Positions 1 through 11,614 of a DNA stretch of 64,000 nt are shown one piece after another (within the stretch, counting starts at the first letter, position 1; each line of letters begins with the position of its first letter). The notes below the pieces were generated by a model. That model was not told the origin of the DNA. It was given only the letters and a program-made list of their open reading frames with translations, and did not search any database. This stretch comes from Octopus vulgaris (taxonomy: Eukaryota): the NCBI GenBank assembly GCA_951406725.2, contig OX597816.1:160022001-160086000 (forward strand), written 5' to 3'. The position numbers and the translations under genes were made by a program.

Positions 1-261
1 AACCTTTGTGCTCGGATTTGGTTCAAACAAAGCATTTAATCCATCATGCCGAATAACTGATTTTGGTCTACCCCTTGGTTTATTTTCAAGGCTATAATCT
101 CCTGAACGAGAGCTTTGGAACCATCTTTGAACAATTCTGATGTCGACAAAACCATTAACAAAGGTCCGCTTGATATTCCGTAGAGCTTCTGCGGCAGAGT
201 GACCCAGTTTGTATTCATACGAGAAAATCACTTAACATAGTTTGGTTGTTATCATTTTCAT
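1..261 (-). mobile_element. Mariner transposase N-terminal fragment (decayed; runs off the window start)
   Basis: Minus-strand translation MKMITTKLC*VIFSYEYKLGHSAAEALRNIKRTFVNGFVDIRIVQRWFQSSRSGDYSLENKPRGRPKSVIRHDGLNALFEPNP matches the mariner HTH and GRP linker pattern, with an internal stop. Confidence 0.85.
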
Positions 262-1054
262 AAGGTCTGTGGGTTCGAATTTTGTGTACCAATATTGCTG
301 GGAAAGAAAAAGAGTCAAGGTTAAATGCAAGGTATACATAATTGAGTTTTTAAATGACTGAAATAACAAGTAATTAAAAATGCGGCATTTCATGTGAAAC
401 AACCCAATAAAAGCTGTCTTACATTAAATTGAAAGATTACGCAATAACATGTATATGTATGTATGTAAAAATTATAATATGGGTGCTGAATGATTTCAAC
501 ACCAATCTCCTAGAAATAGACCCCAAATGATCCATGAGCCACTTAGATTATTACTCCAGTACACATGGTTGTAAGCAAAGAAAAGAGACAGCGATGATTT
601 ATAAAATAATTATTAAATCAGAAACCACTGTTGCAAATATAAAACTGTAATTTTTAAAAATATCTTTTAGTAGGAAAGGCAGGACCAATTCGCCAGCATT
701 CACGCATGTGCAAGCGTGCACGCACATGCACAATGCATGCATACATACATGAATATATATATATATATACATGCATACGTATATACAGATATGCATTTAT
801 CCATCCATTCATCCATTCGTCCATCCATCCATACACCCATATAAATACATGCGTGCATATATGCATGCATGCATCCATCCATCCATCCATCCATACATAC
901 AAACATACATGCATGCCTACATGCACACTTGTATGTATTGCTGACCTTGTGCCAAAATTTGAAACTAATACATACAACACGTTTCTTTTCAGGTTTTCTT
1001 TCGAACCCTTTTCATATTGCAGCTTTCGGCGGTTTTATTTGCATCAAGCATTAA

Positions 1055-1585
1055 GTATGGCTCAGCACTAGCACAGAAAGGCTCGGCACTGCATGGTTCA
1101 CCACTACATTACTCAACAATACATGGATAGGCACTGCACGGATCAGCACTGAATAGCTCAACACTGCATTGCTCAACACCGCATGGATCAGCAGAGCAAG
1201 GCTCAACACTGCGTGAATCAGCACTGCGTGGATCAGCACTGCATGGATCAGCACTGCATAGCTCAACACTGCATGGATCAACACAGCATGGGTCAGCATT
1301 ACATAGTTCAACACAGCAAGGCTCAAGACGGCATGGTTGAACACTGCATAGCTCAACACTGCATTGCTCAGCACTGCAAGGATCATCATTGCTTGGTTCA
1401 TCAAAGCAAGGCTCAGCACTGCATGGATCAGCACTGCATGGATCAGCACTGCATGGATCAGCACTGCATGAATCAGCACTGAAAGTTTCAGCACTGTATG
1501 GATTAGCGCTGCATGGATCAGGTTTGCAAGGCTCACCACTGCATGGATCAGCACTGTATGGATCAGCATTGCATGGATCAGCACT
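1055..1585. repeat. 15-bp minisatellite, unit ~GCACTGCATGGATCA, about 35 degenerate copies
   Basis: Direct 15-nt periodicity; ORFs read (MDQHC)n, (ALHGS)n and (LIHAV)n. Confidence 0.95.
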
Positions 1586-1821
1586 TCCGTTTCTGAATCC
1601 CTGCTGACTTCATAATATTATTGATTTTATTTAGAACTTTATAATTTAATCTCATTCGCAATCGGTGAGCAATAGCATTGTTGGTTACACTATTCCAACG
1701 GAACATAAGAAATATCATAAAGGAGTTCCTCCTAAAAATACTAATATTTTGGTTATTCATTTGTGAATAAATATGGAATTTCCATAGTTATTCATTTATG
1801 CATATCTATTCCAGGCCCACT

Positions 1822-2070
1822 TTATAATGTATTGCACGAGGTGACCGTTTCTGTGATTAGATCTGCCAATGATCGCATTATCATGCGTGTATCGGACAAC
1901 ACTATCCTCTTGGTATGGATCTTTGTCAAATATTTTAACCCTATTTTTAACAGGGGTATGGGTCTGAAGTTACTTACAGCGTCCGCCTTCCGCAAATCCT
2001 TCTTCGGCAACATCGCCACTCCGTGGCCCTCAAGATTGGTTCCATTTATTTGCTACAAATGTACAGAATG
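1822..2070 (-). mobile_element. LINE (L1/Tx1-like) reverse transcriptase fragment
   Basis: AVSNFRPIPLLKIGLKYLTKIHTKR resembles the NFRPISLLNxDxKILAKILAxR motif at the start of the non-LTR RT domain. Confidence 0.7.
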
Positions 2071-2154
2071 GGCGAATTACGGAAATAGAAACAGTGTGGA
2101 TGGGGTACCCAAAAGAAACAGGAATTTTTGCATTTTTATTTTATTAACTTAGTT

Positions 2155-2811
2155 TTACATGTTTACACTGGTGTCGCCTTCAAAGTATTCTCCATTTGAA
2201 GCAATAAATCGATTCAGGCGCGTTTTCCACTATTCGAAGCAGTCCTGGAACTCTTGCGAAGTGATGCCTTTTAACGCCTCCGTCGTTTTTTTTTTCTTCA
2301 CCTCTTCCACATCTGCAAATTCCGTAGCACCAGCTTTTGTCACCAGTGATGATCTTCGAAAAAAGGGTCCTGATCAACTTCCAACTGTTCTTTCAGTTCA
2401 CGACATACATTCAGTCGTGACCGCCTCTGATCTTCCGTGAGCAAGCGAGGCATAAAATTTTGATGCAAGTCTTTTCATTCGCAATTCCTCACTCAAAATT
2501 CGTTGGCAGGATCTCCAGGACACACCAGTCATATCAAGTTCGTCGATTTTCCGGTGACGGTCCTCCAAGATCAGTTCATGAATTTTCGTGATGTTTTCAT
2601 TCATTTGGGAGTTCAACGGTCGTCTTGAACGAGATTGGTCTTCAAGTGAAAAGTGACCATTCCTAAAGCATCAAAACCACGTGTAAGCTTGTGTTCTGCT
2701 CATGGCAGCGTCCTTGTAAATTGTTTGAAGCATTACAGCTGTTTCGACTGCCGTTTTCCCCGGCAGACAACAAAATTTCGTGGAAGCACGCTGTCCCTTC
2801 GTTTCAGCCAT
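2155..2811 (-). mobile_element. Mariner (DD34D-type) transposase pseudogene with internal deletion
   Basis: Reads MAETKGQRASTKFCCLPGKTAVET...AYTWF*CFRNG...ENITKIHELILEDR...IITGDKSWCYG, joined directly to the C-terminal FADVEEVKKK...EFQDCFE*WKTRLNRFIASNGEYFEGD. The second and third catalytic Asp regions are missing. Confidence 0.9.
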
Positions 2812-3174
2812 CACAAAAAATCGACAAACAGGGAAGAAGCACTGCAAAACAAAAACGCACCACGTGGCATTACAACTTCACCCGACAACGTCAGTCAAAA
2901 GACTGATGCCTGAGGGTCGCATCAAGTGGCTTCTAGTGGTGGAAGCCTGAAATACAACGGGCTTGTCCCACAGACGACGTTTCATGTTATCCCTTGGATA
3001 ACATCAGTGGTGTGGAGAGGGAGGGGCAATCTAATGCAAAATATGTGAAAACATTTATGATGAAGTCGTCCTTACACAACAAAACCTTCAACTAGAGTCA
3101 GTTGAACCCCACAGATCCAGTGTTATCCTGACAATCAAGGACAGAAGGCCTCGCCAAGCTGTTGTTCTCCAGTC

Positions 3175-3478
3175 TACAGTCACATGCTTAGAATAGGTCC
3201 ACCCACCTAACCATTTTGGCCAGAGTCACCTACCTTTTGACAAATTCACTGAGTGAGGGCACTTTCCTCTTCACCCCTATTTCCCTTTCCAAACGGAACC
3301 TAAAACGCCAATGTGGGCTTGACCGAAGAGGAAAGTGTCTGTCCTAAATCCTTTCAGCCTTGTCTACCACACAACTTCTTTCGCTATGGCCGCTAGACAG
3401 AGCAACACCGCCTGTCTTGTCTTGTCAAAGGTTGATGACGAGGCGATCCTCACGATGGACTCGGTCGATAGGGGGATA
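3175..3478 (-). mobile_element. LINE (L1/Tx1-like) ORF2 C-terminal fragment
   Basis: PLSTESIVRIASSSTFDKTRQAVLLCLAAIAKEVVW*TRLKG resembles the AKxxxWxxR motif at L1/Tx1 ORF2 ends. Confidence 0.55.
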
Positions 3479-3484
3479 CGTCTG

Positions 3485-4815
3485 GTTTCAAATTTTGGCA
3501 TAAGACAAGCAATTTCAGGGTAGAGGATTACGTCGATTGCATCGACCCCATTACTCTACTGGTATTTATTTTATCGACCCTGAAAGGATGAAATGCAAGG
3601 TCAGCCTCAGCGTTTTTTTAAAACTCAGAATGCAGTAGGAGCACTCCGTCAGTTACGACGACGAGGGTCCCAGCTTATACGATCAACGGAACAGCTTGCT
3701 CGTGAAATTAACGTGCAAGTGACTGAGCAATCCACAGACACGTGTACCCCTAATGTAGTTCTTAGGGAGATTCAGCGTGACACAGAGTGTGACAATGCTG
3801 GCCCTTAGAAATACAGGTACTACTCAATTTTGCCAGCTAAGTGGACAGGAGAAACGTAAAATAAAGTGTCTTGCTCAAGGACACAACGCGCCGCCGGAAA
3901 TTGAACTCACGACCTTACAATTGTGAGCCGAATACCCTAACCACTAAGCCACGCGCCTTCACACTCAGAATGTAGGGCTGAAAGAAATGCCGCTATGCAT
4001 TTTGTTCGACGCACAAATGATTTTGCCAGCTCGCTGCCTCCAGTTATAATGGTTTCAAATTTTGGCACTAGGTAAGCAATTCTGAGGAGAGGAACAAGTC
4101 AATAACATCGACCCTAGTACTTGACGCTAAGCATTTTGTTCGACGCTCTGACGATTAAAGCAGCTCGCCGTCTTACAACGGTTTCTAATTTAGACAGAAG
4201 ACCACTAATTCTGTGCAGAGGGGAATAAAATGCCAGAACATAGCCGGTACTTTATTTTACCGACCACAAAGGGATGAAAGACAAAATTGACATGGATGGG
4301 ATTTGAACTCAGAACATGAAGATCCGAAAGAAATACCACAAAATACCTTTTACGATGATTAACCGATTCTGCCAGCTAATAATCCTTTCTATTGTTGGTA
4401 CAAGGCCTTGAGAGAAGGGACTAGACGATTGTGTCATCCGACCCCAGTTCATAACTGGTACTAATTTTTATCGACCCCGAAAGGTATGGAAGGAAAAGTT
4501 GACCTCGGCAGAATTTGAACTCAGAACATAAAGACGGACGAAATGCAGCTAAGCATTTTGTTCGGCGTGCTAACGATTCTGGCAGATCGCCGCCCTCTAC
4601 CTGCTAATAATAATTAATTGATTCCATCATAAGGGCAAGGTCTGACATTTGTGGAGAAGGGAGCAGTTTATTGAATTAACTCCAGTACTTTAATTTATTG
4701 AACCCAGAGGGATGAAAGGCAAAAGTTGACCTCGTCGGGATTTGAACTCAGAACATAAAGAGCCGGAACGAATGCCGCAAAGCATTTCGTCGCCTCTCTA
4801 ATGGTTCTGCCAATC
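3485..4815 (-). mobile_element. Cluster of tandem SINE family B copies (head GGCGGCGAGCTGGCAGAA...GAGTTCAAATTCC, central GCCTTTCATCCTTTCGGGGTCGATAAA)
   Basis: Repeated reverse-complement matches to the family seen at 16025, 28380 and 42703; B-box-like GTTCAAATTCC; central domain resembles MetaSINE/Sauria-type SINEs. Confidence 0.85.
3636..3962 (-). mobile_element. tRNA-derived SINE family C' nested in a family B SINE
   Basis: A-box TGGCTTAGTGG and B-box-like GTTCAATTTCC on the minus strand; 13-bp TSD ACTCAGAATG(C/T)AG at 3623-3635 and 3963-3975. Confidence 0.9.
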
Positions 4816-4829
4816 CAATAAAAACAATA

Positions 4830-4832
4830 ATA

Positions 4833-4864
<32 letters not shown>

Positions 4865-4927
4865 TGTGGTGGTGGGGTGTTGATGATGATGATGATGATG
4901 ATGATGACGATGATGATGATGACGATC

Positions 4928-4964
<37 letters not shown>

Positions 4965-5069
4965 CGATGATGATGATGACGATGATGATGATGATGGTGG
5001 TGGTGGGGTGTTGATGATGGTGATGATGATGATGACGACGACGACGACGATGATGATGATGACGACGAC

Positions 5070-5122
<53 letters not shown>

Positions 5123-5162
5123 CGATGATGACGATGATGACGATGATGATGATGATGATGAT
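4830..5162. repeat. (GAT/GAC/GGT)n trinucleotide microsatellite
   Basis: Seen directly. Confidence 0.98.
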
Positions 5163-5704
5163 CTAATACGCGAAAATACCACGACGACTCGGATGCTATT
5201 TAGCGATATGTCCAACGCCTGCCTGCTTCTTTTTTCTAATTTTTTTTTTTTTTTTTTATCTATCTTCAGGGGCCATTGCTGTGGTATAATTATTAACTCT
5301 GCAGACACGCAAATTACTAATAACCATCTATCTCTGACAGCCGTTCAAATTATATATTTGTTTAATAAACAAGACATGAAGCGGGGCTTCTCAACCGTAC
5401 CTTTTCGGCAACTCACTCAGATTTATTTATTTACTCAACTGCAAAACAAACAATTTAATGGCACTTTTTACCGGTGTGATTTTACTGATTTTCTTTCGGT
5501 TGAACGATTGGACTTACGGACAGACGGATCCTTGTTCATTTTTTTTTTCTTTTTCATTTTTAATAGATGTTTTTGCTGTTGGTGTTATGATTGTAAACAA
5601 TTTTTTGGTGGAGGAGTGTAGTTGGATAAATTTTATAACGTAGCGGACAACCACACTAAGAGCTATTGGTTTGAATCCTTTCATTAGTATCACCTTAGTA
5701 TTTT

Positions 5705-5993
5705 GTAGCTAAAAGGCCGACAAATATGGAGACCTGGAAATTGGGATAAACAAAATGTGGCAGCTGTGAGAGGCAAACATAAAAGTCGTCCCTGTTGTCA
5801 CCGGAGCATTGGGTTCAATACCACCCAACTTGAAGAAACAGCTGGACACTTTAGAAATATCATACGATCTTGATGTATTGCAAAAATCAGCTTTACTTGG
5901 AATTGCATGCATACTGCGCAAAGTACTGTTTGTCTGAGGTCCTTGTTGTGACTTGACAGACAGCACAAACACCCCGGCACATACAATGTCTTC
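5705..5993 (+). mobile_element. 3' end of an RLE-type (R4/Dong/NeSL-like) non-LTR retrotransposon
   Basis: KADKYGDLEIGINKMWQL*EANIKVVPVVTGALGSIPPNLKKQLDTLEISYDLDVLQKSALLGIACILRKVLFV* carries the KxxKYxDL and PxVxGALG motifs of the restriction-like endonuclease tail. Confidence 0.85.
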
Positions 5994-6057
5994 GAGTGGC
6001 TGTGTGGTAAGTGGCTTGCTTACCAACCACATGGTTCCGGGTTCATTCCCACTGCAT

Positions 6058-6265
6058 GGATTCAGACGAAACTTTCAGGGATGTTTGGCCTCGTGACTGG
6101 CACGAACTGATTAGATTTTGGGGGCGATCCGGTGCCGGACAAGGATTCTGGATTATTTTTCCGTTTTTTTTTTCTTTTTTTTTTTACTTAATCTTTGAGA
6201 GCAGTCGGGTTCATTTTTAGTATTCTCGTTTGTGAGAGCAGTCGAATTTATTTCAGACATTCCAA
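6058..6265 (-). mobile_element. Partial copy of the HINE/DINE-like element at 16621-16980
   Basis: Reverse complement of roughly 16705-16890. Confidence 0.8.
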
Positions 6266-6419
6266 TCATGCCCTACTCATGTTATTTTTTCAGCTCTACT
6301 GCTTCTATGCGCTATCACCTTAATTAATTTTAGCGCTCTCACCTTAATTAATAGGCACTATCATGCCTATTTGTGCCCCCCTCATTCTGAGTCCGAGGTG
6401 AGTGTTCTTTTCTCGCTCA

Positions 6420-7794
6420 TTTGCTAGGCATCTGGCCACGGTATTGATAAAACTACATATACTTACATCGATCCATCTATACATACATACATACATACAT
6501 ACATACATACTCTTTTACGTCATTTGACTGCGGCCATGCTGGAGCACTGCCTTTAGTCGAGCAAATCGATCTCAGGACTTATTCTTTGTAAGCCTAGCAT
6601 TTATTCTATCGGTAACCTTTGCCGAACCGCTAAGTTACGGGGACGTAAACACACCAGCATCGGTTATCAAGCGATGCTGGGAGTGAGGGACAAACACAGA
6701 CACACAAACATATACACACACATACATACATATATACGACGGGTTTCTTTCAGTTTCCGTCTACCAAATCCACTTACAAGGCTTTGGTCGGCCCGAGGCT
6801 ATAGCAGAAGACACTTGCCCAAGGTGCCACGCGGTGGGACTGAACCCAGAACCATGTGGTTGGTAAGCAAGCTACTTACCACACAGCCACTCAGCTTCAT
6901 ACCCATTATTATTAGAACAAGACACATACCAACCCGTCTGGAGCAAAGTATGGCTGAACTTGGATCCTTAGGGGATGAATGCAGATCCTTAATTCATTAG
7001 CTACAAATGATCCCGTTATCTTGAACTATAGAATTCTGCAAGACCTTAAGATTTACAAGATGATGAACAAAACAAGGTGCTTTCATTTACAGCTTTGCTA
7101 GGCATCTGGCCACGGTATTGATAAAACTACATATACTTACATCGATCCATCTATACATACATACATACATACATACATACATACATACATACATACATAC
7201 ATACTCTTTTACGTCATTTGACTGCGGCCATGCTGGAGCACTGCCTTTAGTCGAGCAAATCGATCTCAGGACTTATTCTTTGTAAGCCTAGCATTTATTC
7301 TATCGGTAACCTTTGCCGAACCGCTAAGTTACGGGGACGTAAACACACCAGCATCGGTTATCAAGCGATGCTGGGAGTGAGGGACAAACACAGACACACA
7401 AACATATACACACACATACATACATATATACGACGGGTTTCTTTCAGTTTCCGTCTACCAAATCCACTTACAAGGCTTTGGTCGGCCCGAGGCTATAGCA
7501 GAAGACACTTGCCCAAGGTGCCACGCGGTGGGACTGAACCCAGAACCATGTGGTTGGTAAGCAAGCTACTTACCACACAGCCACTCAGCTTCATACCCAT
7601 TATTATTAGAACAAGACACATACCAACCCGTCTGGAGCAAAGTATGGCTGAACTTGGATCCTTAGGGGATGAATGCAGATCCTTAATTCATTAGCTACAA
7701 ATGATCCCGTTATCTTGAACTATAGAATTCTGCAAGACCTTAAGATTTACAAGATGATGAACAAAACAAGGTGCTTTCATTTACAGCTTTGCTA
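6420..7794. repeat. Near-identical tandem duplication (674 and 694 bp units) containing a family A SINE
   Basis: Identical ORFs at 6674 and 7368; TTTGCTA at 6420, 7094 and 7788; I saw no difference between the units other than ATAC array length. Confidence 0.95.
6510..6892 (-). mobile_element. tRNA-derived SINE family A (duplicate at 7204-7586)
   Basis: Head GAGTGGCTGTGTGGTAAG...GGTTCAGTCCC (A/B boxes), internal (TG)n, tail GGTGCTCCAGCATGGCCGCAGTCAAATGAC; more than 15 copies or fragments in the window. Confidence 0.92.
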
Positions 7795-8082
7795 CCAAGT
7801 AGGTGTACGGTCAAAATCTATTCTAAATTAAAAAGAGAAAGAGAATACATAAACCATTAGCATAACTGTTTTTCAATAAATTGGCTGCTATCCAAATTCT
7901 TTATTTCGCAAGCATCACCGAGGGACTCGCTAGTTAATAATAAATGTGTGCGTATGTGATATAACATCAATTTATGTGATTACTGAAAAACGATAAAAAA
8001 AAAATTAGGAAACAAAAATAATAGAAAAAAATTTATTTCATATTATATATTAGTAATAATTTCTAAGCGGGCTAGCAGGTTT

Positions 8083-8155
8083 GGCCGCGTGGCCTAATGG
8101 ACAAGGCGTCTGACTTCGAATCAGAAGATTGCGAGTTCGAGTCTCGTCGTGGTCG
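8083..8155 (+). tRNA. TRNAR-UCG: tRNA-Arg(TCG), copy 1
   Basis: 73-nt cloverleaf: acceptor GGCCGCG/CGTGGTC, anticodon arm TCTGA-CTTCGAA-TCAGA, T arm GCGAG-TTCGAGT-CTCGT; T5 terminator 5 nt downstream. Confidence 0.97.
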
Positions 8156-8273
8156 AGTAATTTTTATTTTTTAAACTTATTTTCATTAGATGTCATTGCT
8201 AATAACATTTATATATGTGAAAACTATATATATTTAAATATTAGTAATAATTTCTAAACGGGCTAGCAGGATT

Positions 8274-8346
8274 GGCCGCGTGGCCTAATGGACAAGGCGT
8301 CTGACTTCGAATCAGAAGATTGCGAGTTCGAGTCTCGTCGTGGTCG
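8274..8346 (+). tRNA. TRNAR-UCG: tRNA-Arg(TCG), copy 2
   Basis: Identical to copy 1, with T-run terminator. Confidence 0.97.
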
Positions 8347-8464
8347 AGTAATTTTTATTTTTTAAACTTATTTTCATTAGATGTCATTGCTAATAACATT
8401 TATATATGTGAAAACTATATATATTTAAATATTAGTAATAATTTCTAAACGGGCAGGCAGGATT

Positions 8465-8537
8465 GGCCGCGTGGCCTAATGGACAAGGCGTCTGACTTCG
8501 AATCAGAAGATTGCGAGTTCGAGTCTCGTCGTGGTCG
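8465..8537 (+). tRNA. TRNAR-UCG: tRNA-Arg(TCG), copy 3
   Basis: Identical to copy 1, with T-run terminator. Confidence 0.97.
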
Positions 8538-8613
8538 AGTAATTTTTATTTTTTAAACTTTTTTTTCATTAGATGTCATTGCTAATAACATTTATATATG
8601 TGAAAACTATATA

Positions 8614-8755
8614 TATTTAAAACACTTTGATTGGGTTCCATGCTACGGCAAGTTACGCAAGCCTCTAACGGGAGCCAAGCCTGAAGGAGTCGGGCTCCCC
8701 ATAGGAGCCTGCGAAGCTCGAAGTAGCACGGAATTGAATCGAACAGTTTTGAATA
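8614..8755. repeat. ~140-bp imperfect fold-back (palindrome), copy 1; copy 2 at 11041-11182
   Basis: Arms of about 63 nt align as ungapped reverse complements around the loop AAGCCTGAAGGAGTCG. Confidence 0.85.
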
Positions 8756-8814
8756 ATATACATAACTCCTACTAAATATGTGCCCTTTTCGTTCCTTTGT
8801 CTACTTACTCGTGT

Positions 8815-8866
<52 letters not shown>

Positions 8867-9052
8867 AACGCTAACTCCAAAAATCTTTATTTTTCTATTC
8901 TCTCTCTGTTTATTTCCCCATGTTCCTTTCTGTTCAAGGGCGTAGGGTCCAAACGTAAAATATTTTCTCACCTTCCCGAGCGTTAAACTAATACACCTCT
9001 ATGTTGTATATACACCTGTCTTTGTCTTTTGTCTTTCTGTATGTGTGTGTAT

Positions 9053-9222
<170 letters not shown>

Positions 9223-9444
9223 CGGCAGAGGTAACGACAAACTTCTGCTGACTCTTTCGCCACAACTTTCTCTCACTCTTTCCTCCTGCATCTTGCAGCT
9301 CACCTACGACGGACCGGCGTCCCGTCCAGGTGGGGAACCTATACGCCAAGGAAACCGGGAAACCGGCCCTTATGAGCCAGGCGTGGATCGAGACGGAACA
9401 AACAACAATATACACACATATGAATGTGTACACACACACACACA

Positions 9445-10648
9445 CACACACAATAGAAGTAAATAGACACTCCATAAAACATTGTTTATGCTTATTCTAA
9501 CATGCAAATGTTTATATTCTTTTATTAATTGGCATTTTTATGTTTCAGGTTCTATGTGTAACTGTTTAATCATGCCGTGTACAAAAGATGCCTTGGAACT
9601 GTCTGAATTTCAAAGAGGCCGTATTGTGGGTCATTCTGAATGTAGACATAGTCAGTGTAAAATCGCAGAAAACCTTGGAATCCCACTTTCTACAGTTAAT
9701 AGAGTGATTGTGCAATTCACCAGTGAGAGGAAGGAGTCCACATTACCTCGCTCAGATCAACCAGAGCCCTCTGACAGGACCCTTCTCTTTGTTAAGAGAA
9801 GGGTGGAGGATAATCCTCGTTGCAAGGCCTCTGACATAACAAAACAAGTTGATGTTAGTCCCGGAACAGCTATCAGGTATCTACATAAACTTGGTTACTA
9901 TGGCAGAGTAGCAAGAAGTAAGCCACTTTTTCAACAAGTCAACATCAAGTGGAGAAAAGATTGGGCTAGTGAGATGGTGGAGAGGCCACTAGCATTTTGG
10001 GTCACTGTAATATTCTCTGATGAGTCCAGATTTGCTGTATTTCAGCGGTCGAATGTGGGTCTGGAGATTCTGTGATCAAAAATTTGAAGTGAAAAGATTA
10101 CAGCCAACAATGAAACACGGCAGTTATTCTGTGATGGTCTGGGAAGCAATTTGGAGCAATGGTTGATCAGAGTTAGTGGAGTGTAAAGGAAACATAAGCT
10201 CAGATAAATATGTGTCTGTATTGTAGAAAGGACTCCTAATTTTCTTCTGTGGGGAAATGATTAAAGCCTTTTTATTTATGGAAGATGAGGCTCCTTGTCA
10301 CATGGCTAAAATGACCCAAGAGTTGTTGAATGAGATTGTATGAACCCTATTGAACATCTCTGAGACACAATGGACAGGTTACTTAATAAAAAGAACAAGA
10401 AAGCATCTCTAAAACTAGATCTTTTAAGATTATTGTATGAAAATTAGCAAGAAATTCCGCAAGAGAATATTCGTCATCTGATCAGTAACATGCCAAATAA
10501 GGTCCTTGTATCGAAAAATGCAAAGGGCATGTCTACTAGATATTAAATATTCGCATTATAACAATTAATAAATAATTTGATTGTATAATTTCAGATTTAA
10601 ATAAATTTTAATGATTATAAGGGTGTCTATTTACTTCTGTCACGTGTG
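9445..10648 (+). mobile_element. Tc1-like DNA transposon, near full length, decayed transposase
   Basis: TIRs AGAAGTAAATAGACAC (9455-9470) and GTGTCTATTTACTTCT (10623-10638); [23 protein letters not shown]...VIFSDESRF followed by a frameshift and stops. Confidence 0.93.
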
Positions 10649-10678
10649 TGTGTGTGTGTATTCTCTTTTTATGAAAGA

Positions 10679-10781
<103 letters not shown>

Positions 10782-10858
10782 AATTTTTATTATAATAATA
10801 TAATAATTATAAGTATTATGAAATATATTAAAAGTATTTTTAGCACAGTTTCTCAGTT

Positions 10859-10931
10859 GGCCGCGTGGCCTAATGGATAAGGCGTCTGACTTCGAATCAG
10901 AAGATTGCGAGTTCGAGTCTCGTCGTGGTCG
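10859..10931 (+). tRNA. TRNAR-UCG: tRNA-Arg(TCG), copy 4 (probable chimera)
   Basis: Same cloverleaf; D-loop GGATAAGG as in copy 5, T-loop TTCGAGT as in copies 1-3. Confidence 0.97.
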
Positions 10932-10991
10932 AATAACTTTTATCTTTTAACTTTTTTTTTATTAGGTGTCATTGCTGATAACATATGTGAA

Positions 10992-11046
<55 letters not shown>

Positions 11047-11455
11047 AAACACTTTGATTGGGTTCCATGCTACTGCAAGTTACGCAAGCCTCTAACGAGA
11101 GCCAAGCCTGAAGGAGTCGGGCTCCCCTTAGAAGCCTGTGAAGCTTGAAGTAGCACGGAACTGAATCAAACCGTTTTAAATAATACATATGACTCCTACT
11201 AAATATATCGAGTGCCCTTTTCTTTCCTTTGTCTACTTACTCGTGTGTGTGTGTGTTGACTGCTAACTCCAAAAATCTTTTTTTTTCTATTCTCTCTGTT
11301 TATTTCCCTGTGTTCCGTTCTGTTGAAGAGCGCAGAGTCCAAACGCAAAAGATTTTCTCACCTTCCTGAGCGTTAAACTAATACACTTCTATATTGTTTA
11401 TACACCTGTCTTCGTCTTTTGTCTTTCTGTATGTGTGTGTATGTATACACACACG

Positions 11456-11609
<154 letters not shown>

Positions 11610-11614
11610 TCTAT

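Larger units (their letters stand above)
8047..8620 (+). repeat. 191-bp tandem triplication, each unit carrying a tRNA-Arg gene
   Basis: tRNA starts at 8083, 8274 and 8465 (spacing 191); units nearly identical. Confidence 0.95.

Noticed and set aside
1055-1585. Possible CRISPR-like array
   Set aside because: The units are contiguous with no unique spacers, and the context is eukaryotic with no cas genes.
6674-7694. Two identical 108-aa ORFs
   Set aside because: They are the antisense reading of a SINE inside a tandem duplication.
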